A DNA stretch of 64,000 bases from an uncultured delta proteobacterium. GTDB lineage: Bacteria > Desulfobacterota > Binatia > Binatales > Binataceae. The position numbers were made by a program, and so were the translations under genes. Numbering within the stretch: the stretch's first letter is position 1; each line of letters begins with the position of its first letter. Location of the stretch: positions 960,001 through 1,024,000 of the forward strand of contig CAVQEQ010000001.1 of NCBI GenBank assembly GCA_963711565.1. The letters are read 5' to 3'. Under the pieces are notes generated by a model. The model ran no database searches and was not told the DNA's origin. It saw nothing but the letters and a program-made list of their open reading frames with translations. This document shows positions 48,221 to 57,274 of the stretch, in pieces.

Positions 48221-49090
48221 ATGGCCAGTAACGTTTCCCGCGAAAAACTGCTCTTCTACGCCGCCGCCGGCGCGCTCGGCGGCTTTGCTGCTTGGGGGCT
48301 CTCGGAGCCAATCCTCGGCATCCGCTGGGTCTACGGCCGCGACATTTTGTTCGGCGCGCTGATCGGCGCTCTAATCAGCGCGTTCCTCGCCTCGATCGAG
48401 ACCCTCAGCGTCGGACAGATGCGCCAGGCTGCGCGCCGATTCGTACTCGGCGGAGCTATCGGCGCGGCGGGCGGAGCGCTTGGACTGATCATCGGCGAAT
48501 TGGCATTCGACATCATCGGCGGCTTCAACGGCCGGATCCTCGGATGGGGCGTGCTCGGAATCGCGGTTGGACTCGGCGTCGGCTCGGCGTCGGGCTCGGC
48601 GGCGCGGCGGCGTAACGGTGCGATCGGCGGAGTGCTCGGCGGCGCGCTCGGTGGATTCTTCTACCAGAGCCTGACGACCACTTTCCCGCAGGCGTTCGGA
48701 CGCGCGATCGCGATCATCATCCTCGGCGCGCTGATCGGATTCTTCATCGGACTCGTCGGCGAACTGCTGAAGCGCGGATGGCTGATGGTCGTGCGCAGCC
48801 AGAGCCGTAACGCGCGCGAGGGCCGCGAATATCCGCTGCTCAAGGGCGTGACGATCATCGGCCGCGCCGAGGAAAGCGACATCGGACTGTTCGGCGATCA
48901 AAGCGTGCTCGGCAGCCATGCGATCATCCGGCGCGAGGGCAAAAATTTCGTCATCAGTCCGACCGGCGGCCAGATATTCGTGAATCGGCAACCGGTCTCC
49001 GGCCGCTACGCGCTCAAGAGCGGCGACCGGCTCGAGGTGGGCGGCACGCTGTTTCTCTTCCGCGAGCGGACCCAGGCGGCGACTCGATAA
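48221..49090 (+). CDS. Gly-rich multi-pass membrane protein with C-terminal (degenerate) FHA domain
   Basis: About six GxxxG-rich helices; GREYPL, IGR....DI, HA.I, LKSGDRL.VG. Confidence 0.85.
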   Translation: MASNVSREKLLFYAAAGALGGFAAWGLSEPILGIRWVYGRDILFGALIGALISAFLASIETLSVGQMRQAARRFVLGGAIGAAGGALGLIIGELAFDIIGGFNGRILGWGVLGIAVGLGVGSASGSAARRRNGAIGGVLGGALGGFFYQSLTTTFPQAFGRAIAIIILGALIGFFIGLVGELLKRGWLMVVRSQSRNAREGREYPLLKGVTIIGRAEESDIGLFGDQSVLGSHAIIRREGKNFVISPTGGQIFVNRQPVSGRYALKSGDRLEVGGTLFLFRERTQAATR

Positions 49091-49108
49091 GAGGGCTGGG
49101 CAGAGACG

Positions 49109-49876
49109 GTGGGGAGCCTGCATACTTGCCGCCTCGCGCTCCTCGTCACGCTCGCTTCGACATTCATCGCGATGCTCACTGGCTGCTCGACCGTCAACGA
49201 AGGCGGCGGCACAGCCGCGGCGCCTACGACCTCGATCCAGACGCTCGAGTACTACCCGTACCAGGTCAAGGGATACCAAAACAGTTATCCGCGGAAGACC
49301 ATCGTGATCCTGGTGCCTGCCGATGCGCGCGAGGTTACCGGCAACGCGGCGCCGTTGAACGGCAACCCTGCCATCGGAATTATCGTCGATCAATCCGGCA
49401 GCATTACCGAACGATTGTACAGCTCGCCCCTCGGCCCGATCGTGCAAGCGGCGGTCGGCCGCTCCGCCGATGAGGCTGGCCTGAGCGCGTCGTCGTCCAC
49501 CAACGTCACTTACAAACCCGGCGTCAAGAACACCACCGAATACGTGCTCGAGAGCAAGATTAAGCGATGCTGGGTGAAGAAAGAACGCAGCACCAGCGGC
49601 CAGAACGGTCCCATCTGGCGCACGATGGCCGATTTCGCACTCGACATCTCGATCTACAAGCCGCCGTTCAGCGTTCCGTTTTGGACCGGGAGCACCGACG
49701 ACACCTACTTCGACCCGCCGGTCGGCTCGTTCGGCCTCGGCTCCGAGGACGAAGCGGGCATCTACGACGAGCCGGGCCAGGTGATGTCGGTAGCGCTGAC
49801 GCGCACCGTGGCCGCGATTTTCCAGCGCCAAGACTTGCGCAATCTGGTACTCGAAGACGACATAAAATCCCGCTAG
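49109..49876 (+). CDS. Hypothetical lipoprotein
   Basis: Lipobox LTGC after a hydrophobic stretch; coding-like codon usage. Confidence 0.75.
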   Translation: MGSLHTCRLALLVTLASTFIAMLTGCSTVNEGGGTAAAPTTSIQTLEYYPYQVKGYQNSYPRKTIVILVPADAREVTGNAAPLNGNPAIGIIVDQSGSITERLYSSPLGPIVQAAVGRSADEAGLSASSSTNVTYKPGVKNTTEYVLESKIKRCWVKKERSTSGQNGPIWRTMADFALDISIYKPPFSVPFWTGSTDDTYFDPPVGSFGLGSEDEAGIYDEPGQVMSVALTRTVAAIFQRQDLRNLVLEDDIKSR

Positions 49877-50035
49877 CTGTGCGGTTCCAGCGCGGTCTTT
49901 GAACAACCGGGATGTTGGAATAGCCTAGATCGAGCGCCGGATCGTCAGATGCCGAGGCGTGCGCGGGTGCGTATCCCCGCCGAGCGGCCGCAAATCCGGA
50001 TCGTATCGTTGTATGCCAAGAGGAAGGCACACTTG

Positions 50036-50941
50036 ATGGAAATCGGATTCGTTGGTCTCGGCAAAATGGGCATGAACATGGTCGAACGGCTGCGGCGCGA
50101 CAATCATCAGATCGTCGCCTTCGACCTCGACGATGCGAAACGCAAAGAGGTCTCGACCTTCGGCGCCGACGGCGTCGGTTCGCTCAAGGACCTCGTCGCC
50201 CGGCTCAAGCCGCCGCGTGGCGTATGGGTGATGGTGCCCGCGGGCGATCCGACCGAGAGCACGATCAACCAACTGGCGGAGCTGCTCGAGCCCGGCGACG
50301 CGATCATCGACGGCGGCAATACCAACTTTCACGACAACGTCCGCCGCGCCGCCATGCTCGCCGCGAAGAAGCTGCATCTCGTCGATGCCGGCACCAGCGG
50401 CGGCATCTGGGGCCTCAAGCTCGGCTATTGCCTGATGATCGGCGGCGAAGTGGAAATTTTCCGGCGCTACGAACCGATCTTCCAAACGCTCGCGCCGGCC
50501 GACGGCTACGATCACGTCGGCGGCCATGGCGCGGGCCATTACGTGAAGATGGTCCACAACGGAATCGAGTACGGGCTGATGCAGGCTTATGCCGAGGGCT
50601 TCGAGGCGATGCACAAGTCGGACTACAAGCTCGACTTGACGAAGATCGCGAAGCTCTGGCGCCAGGGCAGCGTCGTGCGCTCATGGCTCCTGGAGCTGAC
50701 GGCCAACGCACTCGAAAAAGATCCGGGCCTCAAGCAGATCCGCGGCTACGTCGAGGATTCGGGCGAGGGCCGCTGGGCCGTGCAGGACGCAATCGACAAA
50801 AACATCTCGATGCCGGTGATCACGATGGCGCTGTTTACGCGCTTTCGCTCGCGCGCCGACAAGGGCGGAGGAACCTTCGGCGAGAAATTGCTCGCCGCCC
50901 TTCGCGACGAGTTCGGCGGCCACGGCGTCGTCAAGGAATAA
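50036..50941 (+). CDS. gnd: Decarboxylating 6-phosphogluconate dehydrogenase (short form)
   Basis: GLGKMG, WVMVPAG, DGGN, TSGG.WG, KMVHNGIEYG, DSGEGRW, FGGH. Confidence 0.96.
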   Translation: MEIGFVGLGKMGMNMVERLRRDNHQIVAFDLDDAKRKEVSTFGADGVGSLKDLVARLKPPRGVWVMVPAGDPTESTINQLAELLEPGDAIIDGGNTNFHDNVRRAAMLAAKKLHLVDAGTSGGIWGLKLGYCLMIGGEVEIFRRYEPIFQTLAPADGYDHVGGHGAGHYVKMVHNGIEYGLMQAYAEGFEAMHKSDYKLDLTKIAKLWRQGSVVRSWLLELTANALEKDPGLKQIRGYVEDSGEGRWAVQDAIDKNISMPVITMALFTRFRSRADKGGGTFGEKLLAALRDEFGGHGVVKE

Positions 50942-50966
50942 GTGCTAGAGGGTTAAAGTTATTCTT

Positions 50967-52508
50967 ATGGCCGCGACTGCAAACAGGACTCCTGTCGATC
51001 TCAATCACCTCCATCCACTGAAGGAACGCAATCAGTACGATCCATGCATCGTGGTGATTTTCGGCGGCGCCGGCGATTTAAGCCATCGCAAGCTGATTCC
51101 CGCGTTGTACAATCTGTCGCTCGACGGCGAATTGCCCGACAAGTTCGCGATCCTCGGGTTCTCGATGGAAGATCTCGACGACGAGAAGTATCGCGCGTTC
51201 GCGCTAAGCGGCATCGAGCAGTTCTCGCGCCGCAAAGTCGAGAAGGAACATTGGGCGAAGTTCGCCCCGATGCTGCATTTCAATCGCGGCTCGTTCACCG
51301 AGGCCGCCGACTATCAGAACCTGCGCCGGCGATGTGAGGCGATCGACGCCGAGCGCGGCACCGAGGGCAATCGCGCCTACTATTTTGCGATTCCGCCGGC
51401 CTTCATCGACACCTGCTCCGAAGGCTTGACCGCGGCGGGCTTGATTCATCCGCACGAGAAGGGGCATCCGTTCACCCGCGTCGTCGTCGAGAAGCCGATC
51501 GGCTCCGATCTCGCCAGCGCGTCGGAGATCAACGCCGAGCTCGCGCGTCATTTCGACGAAGGCCAGATCTTCAGAATCGATCACTACCTCGGCAAGGAAA
51601 CCGTCGAGAACCTGATGGTGTTGCGGTTCGCCAACGCGATCTTCGAGCCGATCTGGACCGCGCGCTTCGTCAACCACGTGCAAATCACAGTCGCCGAGGC
51701 CGAGGGCGTCGGCACGCGCGCCGCTTACTACGATCACGCCGGCGCGCTGCGTGACATGGTGCAGAGCCATCTGCTGCAAACGCTTTGCATGATCGCGACC
51801 GAGCCGCCCAACACCACCGGCGCCGAGTCGATGCGCGACGCCAAGCTCGATGTGCTGCGCGCGCTCCGTCCGCTCGGCGACGAGGACATCGAGAAACGCG
51901 TCGTGCGCGGCCAGTACGGTGAGGGACTGATCGGCGGTGCGGCCGTCAAAGCCTACCGCTCCGAGGAGCACGTCGCGCCGGATTCGCAAATCGAAACCTT
52001 TGTCGCGCTGCGATGCTGGATCGACAACTGGCGATGGGCCGGCGTGCCGTTCTACCTGCGCACCGGCAAGCGCCTGCCCAAGCGCTCGAGCGAAATCGCG
52101 ATCTACTTCAACAGCGTGCCCCGAATCCTGTATAACGCAAATCCACGCGCGCCGCTGGCGCCCAATATGCTGACGATCAGAATTCAACCCGACGAGGGCC
52201 TCGCGCTTCACATCATGTCGAAGGTGCCCGGCTCGGCGACCAAGCTCCAGCAGGTCAAAGTCGATTTCCACTACGTCACTTCAACCCCCGAGGCATACGA
52301 GACGCTCCTCAACGACGTAATCGTCGGCGACCAGACGCTCTTCATGCGACGCGACACTGTCGAGGAAGCATGGAAGTTCGTCCAGCCGATCCTCGACGCA
52401 TGGGAACAATCGCCGATGGATCCGCCAATCTACGCGGCGGGCTCGTGGGGACCGCTCGAGGCGGCCCTGATGATCGCGGCCGACGGCCGCACCTGGCGGA
52501 CGCTGTAG
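50967..52508 (+). CDS. zwf: Glucose-6-phosphate dehydrogenase
   Basis: FGGAGDL..RKL.PALY, EKP.G, RIDHYLGKE, GVPFYLRTGK. Confidence 0.97.
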   Translation: MAATANRTPVDLNHLHPLKERNQYDPCIVVIFGGAGDLSHRKLIPALYNLSLDGELPDKFAILGFSMEDLDDEKYRAFALSGIEQFSRRKVEKEHWAKFAPMLHFNRGSFTEAADYQNLRRRCEAIDAERGTEGNRAYYFAIPPAFIDTCSEGLTAAGLIHPHEKGHPFTRVVVEKPIGSDLASASEINAELARHFDEGQIFRIDHYLGKETVENLMVLRFANAIFEPIWTARFVNHVQITVAEAEGVGTRAAYYDHAGALRDMVQSHLLQTLCMIATEPPNTTGAESMRDAKLDVLRALRPLGDEDIEKRVVRGQYGEGLIGGAAVKAYRSEEHVAPDSQIETFVALRCWIDNWRWAGVPFYLRTGKRLPKRSSEIAIYFNSVPRILYNANPRAPLAPNMLTIRIQPDEGLALHIMSKVPGSATKLQQVKVDFHYVTSTPEAYETLLNDVIVGDQTLFMRRDTVEEAWKFVQPILDAWEQSPMDPPIYAAGSWGPLEAALMIAADGRTWRTL

Positions 52509-52531
52509 CAAGGATTTCCCAAGGATTTCCC

Positions 52532-53530
52532 ATGAGCGTCGGCATCACTCTCACGCGTCACATCATGACCAAAAGCGCGGCCTCGATTCCGGTCGCCGAC
52601 CTCGCCCTGATCATGGAGCGCATCGAGCTGATCGCCAAGGGCATCGCGCGCGAGCTCGCTGCGGCGGGCCTCAGCGGCGAGCTGGGCTACACCGGCGAAA
52701 CCAACGTGCAGGGCGAGAAGGTCAAGAAGCTTGACGAGTGGGGCAACCAGGTTTTCCTCGACGCCTTCGAGCACGGCTACCCGGTATGCAGTCTCATTTC
52801 CGAGGAAATGGACGAGCCGCGCCATTACTCAGTCAACTGCCGCGACAATAGCTACTGCATACTCTACGATCCGATCGACGGGTCATCGAACACCGACGTA
52901 AACGGCTCGCTCGGCACTATCTTCGCCGTCAAGAAACGCGCGCCCGGCCACGGCAAAGGTATCGAAGACATCCTCGTGCCGGGAACGCAGCAGATCGTTG
53001 CGGGCTATATTCTATATGGCCCAGCTGCGCAGCTCGTTTATACGGCGGGCGCCGGCGTCGATATCTTCACGCTCGATCGTACTCTCGGCGAGTTCATCCT
53101 GTGGAAAGAGAACGTGAAGATGCCGCCACACGGCACTACCTATGCGGTCAACCAGGCCAATGCGGGCAAGTGGCACGACGGCGCGCGCAAATTCCTCGCG
53201 CATATTACTAGTCGCAAAGATAAGCGGACTAGCTATTCACTTAGATACTGCGGTGCATTCGCCGCCGACTTCCATCGATGCCTGCTCGAGGGCGGAATAT
53301 ATATGTATCCCGGCGAGGTTGCTGAGGGCGGCAAGGCCAAGGGCAAGCTCCGCCTGATGTACGAGCTCGCGCCGCTCTCGATGCTCGCCGAACAGGCGGG
53401 AGGCCGCGGCTCGACCGGCAAGAGTCGAATCCTCGACATCGCCGCAACCGCGATCCACGAACGGCATCCAATTTACATCGGCAGCGCCGAGGAAGTCGCG
53501 CTCGCCGAATCCTTCAAAGTCGAAGGCTGA
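52532..53530 (+). CDS. fbp: Class I fructose-1,6-bisphosphatase
   Basis: NVQGE..KKLD, SEE, DPIDGSSN, RY.G...AD.HR, KLRLMYE. Confidence 0.95.
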   Translation: MSVGITLTRHIMTKSAASIPVADLALIMERIELIAKGIARELAAAGLSGELGYTGETNVQGEKVKKLDEWGNQVFLDAFEHGYPVCSLISEEMDEPRHYSVNCRDNSYCILYDPIDGSSNTDVNGSLGTIFAVKKRAPGHGKGIEDILVPGTQQIVAGYILYGPAAQLVYTAGAGVDIFTLDRTLGEFILWKENVKMPPHGTTYAVNQANAGKWHDGARKFLAHITSRKDKRTSYSLRYCGAFAADFHRCLLEGGIYMYPGEVAEGGKAKGKLRLMYELAPLSMLAEQAGGRGSTGKSRILDIAATAIHERHPIYIGSAEEVALAESFKVEG

Positions 53531-53545
53531 ACCTGGCGAGGTTCT

Positions 53546-54533
53546 ATGGATGGACTCATCCTCAGCCGGCGATGTCGGTGGAACCAAAACCCAGCTCGGG
53601 CTCTTCAAGCACTCCGCGGGAACAATCGAAATTGTGCGCGACCACCGTTATGCGACTGCCGATTTCGCGAGCCTCGAGGCCGTCTGCGCGGATTTCCTTG
53701 GCGCGGGCGCGGCGGTGAATGCCGCCTGCCTCGGCGTGCCCGGCCCAATAATCGACGGTAATGCCCACGCCACCAACGTCCCGTGGCAACTCTCAAGCGC
53801 CTCACTATCGCGCGCGCTGAACGGCGTGCCGGTTCGCTTGCTTAACGATCTGACCGCGATCGCGTACGGCATGGTTCATCTCAAACCGGCGGAGTTCGCC
53901 GTGCTGCATCCCGCGGAGAATCCACCCGTGCACGGCAACATAGCGGTAGTCGCCGCAGGCACCGGTCTGGGCGAATCCGCGCTCGTCTGGGAGGGCGACA
54001 GGTACTACGCGGTCGCGTCCGAGGGCGGCCACAGCGACTTCGCGCCGCACGGCGCCGAACAGATCGAATTGCTGCGATTTCTCACCGGCGAATTCGGACA
54101 CGTCAGCTACGAGCGCGTCCTCTCGGGTCCGGGACTCTGGAATATTTATCGATTCATCCGGCGCGAGAGCGGCGCCGAGGAACCCGCGTGGCTGAGCGAC
54201 GAAATCACCAAGGGCGACCACGCCGCTGCCGTGAGCGAGGCGGCGATTGCGGGACGCGACCCCGTATGCGTTCACGCGCTCACCATGTTTTGCGATATTT
54301 ACGGTTCCGAGGCCGCCAACCTCGCGCTCAAAGTCCTGGCGCTGGGCGGTGTCTATCTTGGCGGAGGCATCGCGCCGAAAATATTGCCGATGCTGATGGG
54401 CGGTGCGTTCGTGAAAGGATTTCTGGCGAAGGGCAGGCTGAACGAAATTTTGAAACGAATCGAAGTCCGCGTCTCGCTGAATCCAGCCGCCGGCCTGCTC
54501 GGCGCAGCCCACGTCGCCGCCGCGATGTTGTGA
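53546..54533 (+). pseudogene. glk: Glucokinase with an extra A at 53564 (likely intact in vivo)
   Basis: ATG GAT GGA CTC ATC CTC [A] GCC GGC GAT reads MDGLILAGDVGGTKT once the A is removed; LLND, GTGLG, SEGGH, ERVLSG.GL, GGGIAPK. Confidence 0.9.
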
Positions 54534-54581
54534 TATAGGAATGCAAACCGCATCGACACTCCCGACGGGAGACAGGGGTAT

Positions 54582-55496
54582 ATGACCAAGCGAGTTCGAG
54601 AGATTCTCAGCTATTACGATTCCGACAACGGCAGTGTGCGCAACAATCTGTCGCGGATGCTCAATCATGGCAAGCTCGCGGGCACCGGCAAATTCGTGAT
54701 CCTGCCGGTGGACCAGGGCTTCGAGCATGGCCCCGCGCGCAGTTTCGCGATGAATCCGCCCGCGTACGACCCGCGCTATCACTTTCAACTCGCGATCGAC
54801 GCGGGATGCAACGCGTTCGCGGCGCCGCTTGGTCTGCTCGAGGCGGGAGTCGCCGAGTATGCCGGCGAGATTCCGCTCATCCTGAAGGTAAACAACCACG
54901 ACGTTCTCAACGACGAAAAAGATCCTTCACCCTCGATGACCGCCAGCGTCAAGGATGCTATGCGGCTCGGCGCCTGCGCGGTTGGACTGACGATCTACCC
55001 CGGCTCCGCGCAGGAAAAGTCGATGTATGAAGAGGCGCGCGCGATTGGCGAAGAGGCCAAGGGCAACGGCCTGCCGCTGGTCATCTGGTCGTACCCGCGC
55101 GGCTCCGGCATCAGCAAGCAGGGTGAGACCGCGCTCGACGTGGTCGCGTATGCCGCGCAAATCGCGGCGCAGCTCGGCGCCAATATCATCAAGGTCAAGC
55201 CGCCGACTGCGTTCATCGAACAGGCCGAGGCCAAAAAAGTTTACGACTCCCAGAAGATTCCACTCGAACCGCTCTCGGCGCGCATTGCGCACGTGATGCA
55301 GGCCGCCTTCGCCGGCCGGCGTATCGTGATTTTCTCGGGCGGCGTAAAGGAAACCGACGACTCGCTGCTCAACACCGTCCGCGGTATCCAGGCCGGCGGC
55401 GGCTACGGCTCAATCATCGGCCGCAACAGCTTCCAGCGACCGAAGCCCGAAGCGATCGCACTGCTCACCAAGGTCATCGACATTTACAAAGGCTAA
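54582..55496 (+). CDS. fbaB: Class I (DhnA-type) fructose-bisphosphate aldolase
   Basis: ILPVDQGFEHGP, YDP.YH, WSYPRG, IIKVK, FSGG, IIGRN.FQR. Confidence 0.94.
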   Translation: MTKRVREILSYYDSDNGSVRNNLSRMLNHGKLAGTGKFVILPVDQGFEHGPARSFAMNPPAYDPRYHFQLAIDAGCNAFAAPLGLLEAGVAEYAGEIPLILKVNNHDVLNDEKDPSPSMTASVKDAMRLGACAVGLTIYPGSAQEKSMYEEARAIGEEAKGNGLPLVIWSYPRGSGISKQGETALDVVAYAAQIAAQLGANIIKVKPPTAFIEQAEAKKVYDSQKIPLEPLSARIAHVMQAAFAGRRIVIFSGGVKETDDSLLNTVRGIQAGGGYGSIIGRNSFQRPKPEAIALLTKVIDIYKG

Positions 55497-55501
55497 GGCC
55501 T

Positions 55502-55600
55502 AGTGGCGCGGGCCGCCGTGCCCGCGTCCGGCTGCGGCGGGGCGTGCTACTGTTGGCACTGTTCATTTGGCGGAACACGGGCACGGCGGCCCGCGCCACT
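55502..55600. repeat. REP-doublet-like inverted repeat (23-bp perfect arms)
   Basis: AGTGGCGCGGGCCGCCGTGCCCG at 55502-55524 and its exact complement at 55578-55600. Confidence 0.8.
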
Positions 55601-55626
55601 GTGTCATTCGCGAGAGGGTGAAGAAA

Positions 55627-56436
55627 ATGAACTACAGCGAGTACCAGCATCTCCTGTTCGAGCGAAAGGGCGACGGCATCCTGCTCATCACGATCAACCG
55701 TCCCGAGGTACTCAACGCCACCAACAACCGCCTCCACTGGGAGTTGAGCCGCGTCTGGCTCGACATCGCCGACGACGACGAGACCAACGTCATCGTCGTC
55801 ACGGGCGCCGGTCGCGCGTTCTCTGCCGGCGGCGACCTCGAAATGATCCAGGCGATGGCGTCGAGCTCGTTCAACGTCGGCAAGGCATGGAAGGAAGCCG
55901 GCGACATCGTTTACAACATGATCAATCTCGACAAGCCGATCATCTCCGCGATCAACGGCGTCGCCGTCGGCGCGGGATTGGCGGTCGCGTTCATGGCGGA
56001 CATCAGCATCGCGTCCGAGGCGATGCGCATCACGGATGGCCACCTGCGGCTCGGCGTCGCCGCCGGCGATCACGCGGTCATCGTATGGCCGCTGCTGTGC
56101 GGCATGGCCAAGGCGAAGTATTACCTGATGACCGCGGATTTCATCGACGGCAAAGAGGCCGAGCGCATCGGGCTGGTAAGCTTGTGCGTCCCAGCCGACC
56201 GCCTGATGGACAAGGCGATGGAGGTCGCGCGCAAGCTGGCGCGCGGCCCGCAGCAGGCGGTGCGATTCACGAAACGCTCGCTCAACAACTGGCTGCGTGT
56301 CGCCGGCCCGGCCTTCGACGCATCGCTCGCGATGGAGATGATGGGATTCTTCAGCGCCGATTTGAAAGAGGGCGTCGCGGCCCTGCAGGAAAAACGCCAA
56401 CCATCCTTCCCCGGCTTCGCGAAGCTCAAGCCCTAG
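55627..56436 (+). CDS. Enoyl-CoA hydratase/isomerase family protein
   Basis: INRPE.LNA, AFSAGGD, GVAVGAG, DGH.RLGVAAGDH. Confidence 0.92.
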   Translation: MNYSEYQHLLFERKGDGILLITINRPEVLNATNNRLHWELSRVWLDIADDDETNVIVVTGAGRAFSAGGDLEMIQAMASSSFNVGKAWKEAGDIVYNMINLDKPIISAINGVAVGAGLAVAFMADISIASEAMRITDGHLRLGVAAGDHAVIVWPLLCGMAKAKYYLMTADFIDGKEAERIGLVSLCVPADRLMDKAMEVARKLARGPQQAVRFTKRSLNNWLRVAGPAFDASLAMEMMGFFSADLKEGVAALQEKRQPSFPGFAKLKP

Positions 56437-56771
56437 GCGGCGACCCGCACCAAGGCGCGCGAACGTGAACGCGGCTTCGGCCTGATCCTGATTTCTACGT
56501 CCTGGTCGAGCGCGGCGAGAAATCTGAGCATCCGGGCGATCGAATACCCGCGCGTTCTTCCGTTCATGAGAGCGCATACCTTGGGTTGATCGATCCCCAG
56601 CACCCGGGCGGCTGCACGCTGGCTCAGATTTCTTTCACGAACGATCGCGATAATGCGGCGCAACAGCTCGGTCTCAACCGACAGCTCGTCGGCGTTCGCG
56701 AAGCCCAGATCCGCAAAGACATTGCCGCTACTCTTCACCCACTTTTCGGCGCGTGATTTCGGATCGCCCAC
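56433..56771 (-). CDS. HigA-like XRE HTH antitoxin
   Basis: SSGNVFADLG, LSQRAAARVLGIDQPKV..L..G, L.ALDQDVEI; AAGGAG RBS before GTG. Confidence 0.88.
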   Translation of the reverse strand: MGDPKSRAEKWVKSSGNVFADLGFANADELSVETELLRRIIAIVRERNLSQRAAARVLGIDQPKVCALMNGRTRGYSIARMLRFLAALDQDVEIRIRPKPRSRSRALVRVAA

Positions 56772-57099
56772 TTCAATCTCTCCTTGATCAGGTTCACGTG
56801 AGACCGCGTCGTTTCGATTCCCTTCTTCGATTTCTTCTGGAACACATGGAGAACGTACACGGCTTCCTTGAAGCGAACCGTATAAAACCGCTCGATAAGA
56901 TCTCCGATCATAGTCTTCGACAATCTCCAAAATGCCCCCGCCCCCGAAACCCCTAAGTGGCTTCGCTGCCGGATGCTTGTCGCCAGCTTGGGCGAACTGC
57001 AACGCTCGACCGAACTCCCGCTTAACCTTCTTGGGGAAGCTCCGGAAGCGTTTGCGGCGCCCAAATGATCGGCCGCAGCGATGCTAATTCTAGCCTCAC
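56735..57099 (-). pseudogene. HigB/RelE (Gp49-like) toxin with two frame disruptions
   Basis: LRPIIW, then FP..VKREFG.AL..AQ.G.KHP.AKPL.GFGG..ILEIVED..YRAV, then YTV.F..AVYVLH.FQKKSK lie in different frames (breaks near 57057 and 56885). Confidence 0.82.
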
Positions 57100-57274
57100 C
57101 GTCTTCTTCGAATCAATGGTTCGCGGCATCGTCAGGACTCTTCATGAACCAGGCAACGTCATCTGCATCCCCCCAAAACCCCCGGGGAGGGACTTTCACC
57201 CCCCTTTTGATGCCTCGTGCATTTTGAAATACTGTCCATCGCTCGGAATAACCTTAACCTGAACGGGGAAGAAA

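Noticed and set aside
39601-49090. T6SS PpkA/PppA/Fha regulatory module
   Set aside because: No tss, hcp or vgrG genes in the window, and the domain architectures differ.
2709-51674. Genetic-code reassignment of AAC to Asp
   Set aside because: AAC still encodes conserved Asn in many motifs (e.g. RPTAVNL, SLNGT, MVHNG), and the same base change on the other strand gives Ser>Leu, so the effect is at DNA level.
52509-52531. 11-bp tandem duplication CAAGGATTTCC before fbp
   Set aside because: Only two copies in a short spacer; most simply a slippage event with no evidence of function.
56433-57002. Natural toxin-antitoxin fusion protein
   Set aside because: Explained by a 1-nt insertion in the toxin; the antitoxin has its own RBS and start.
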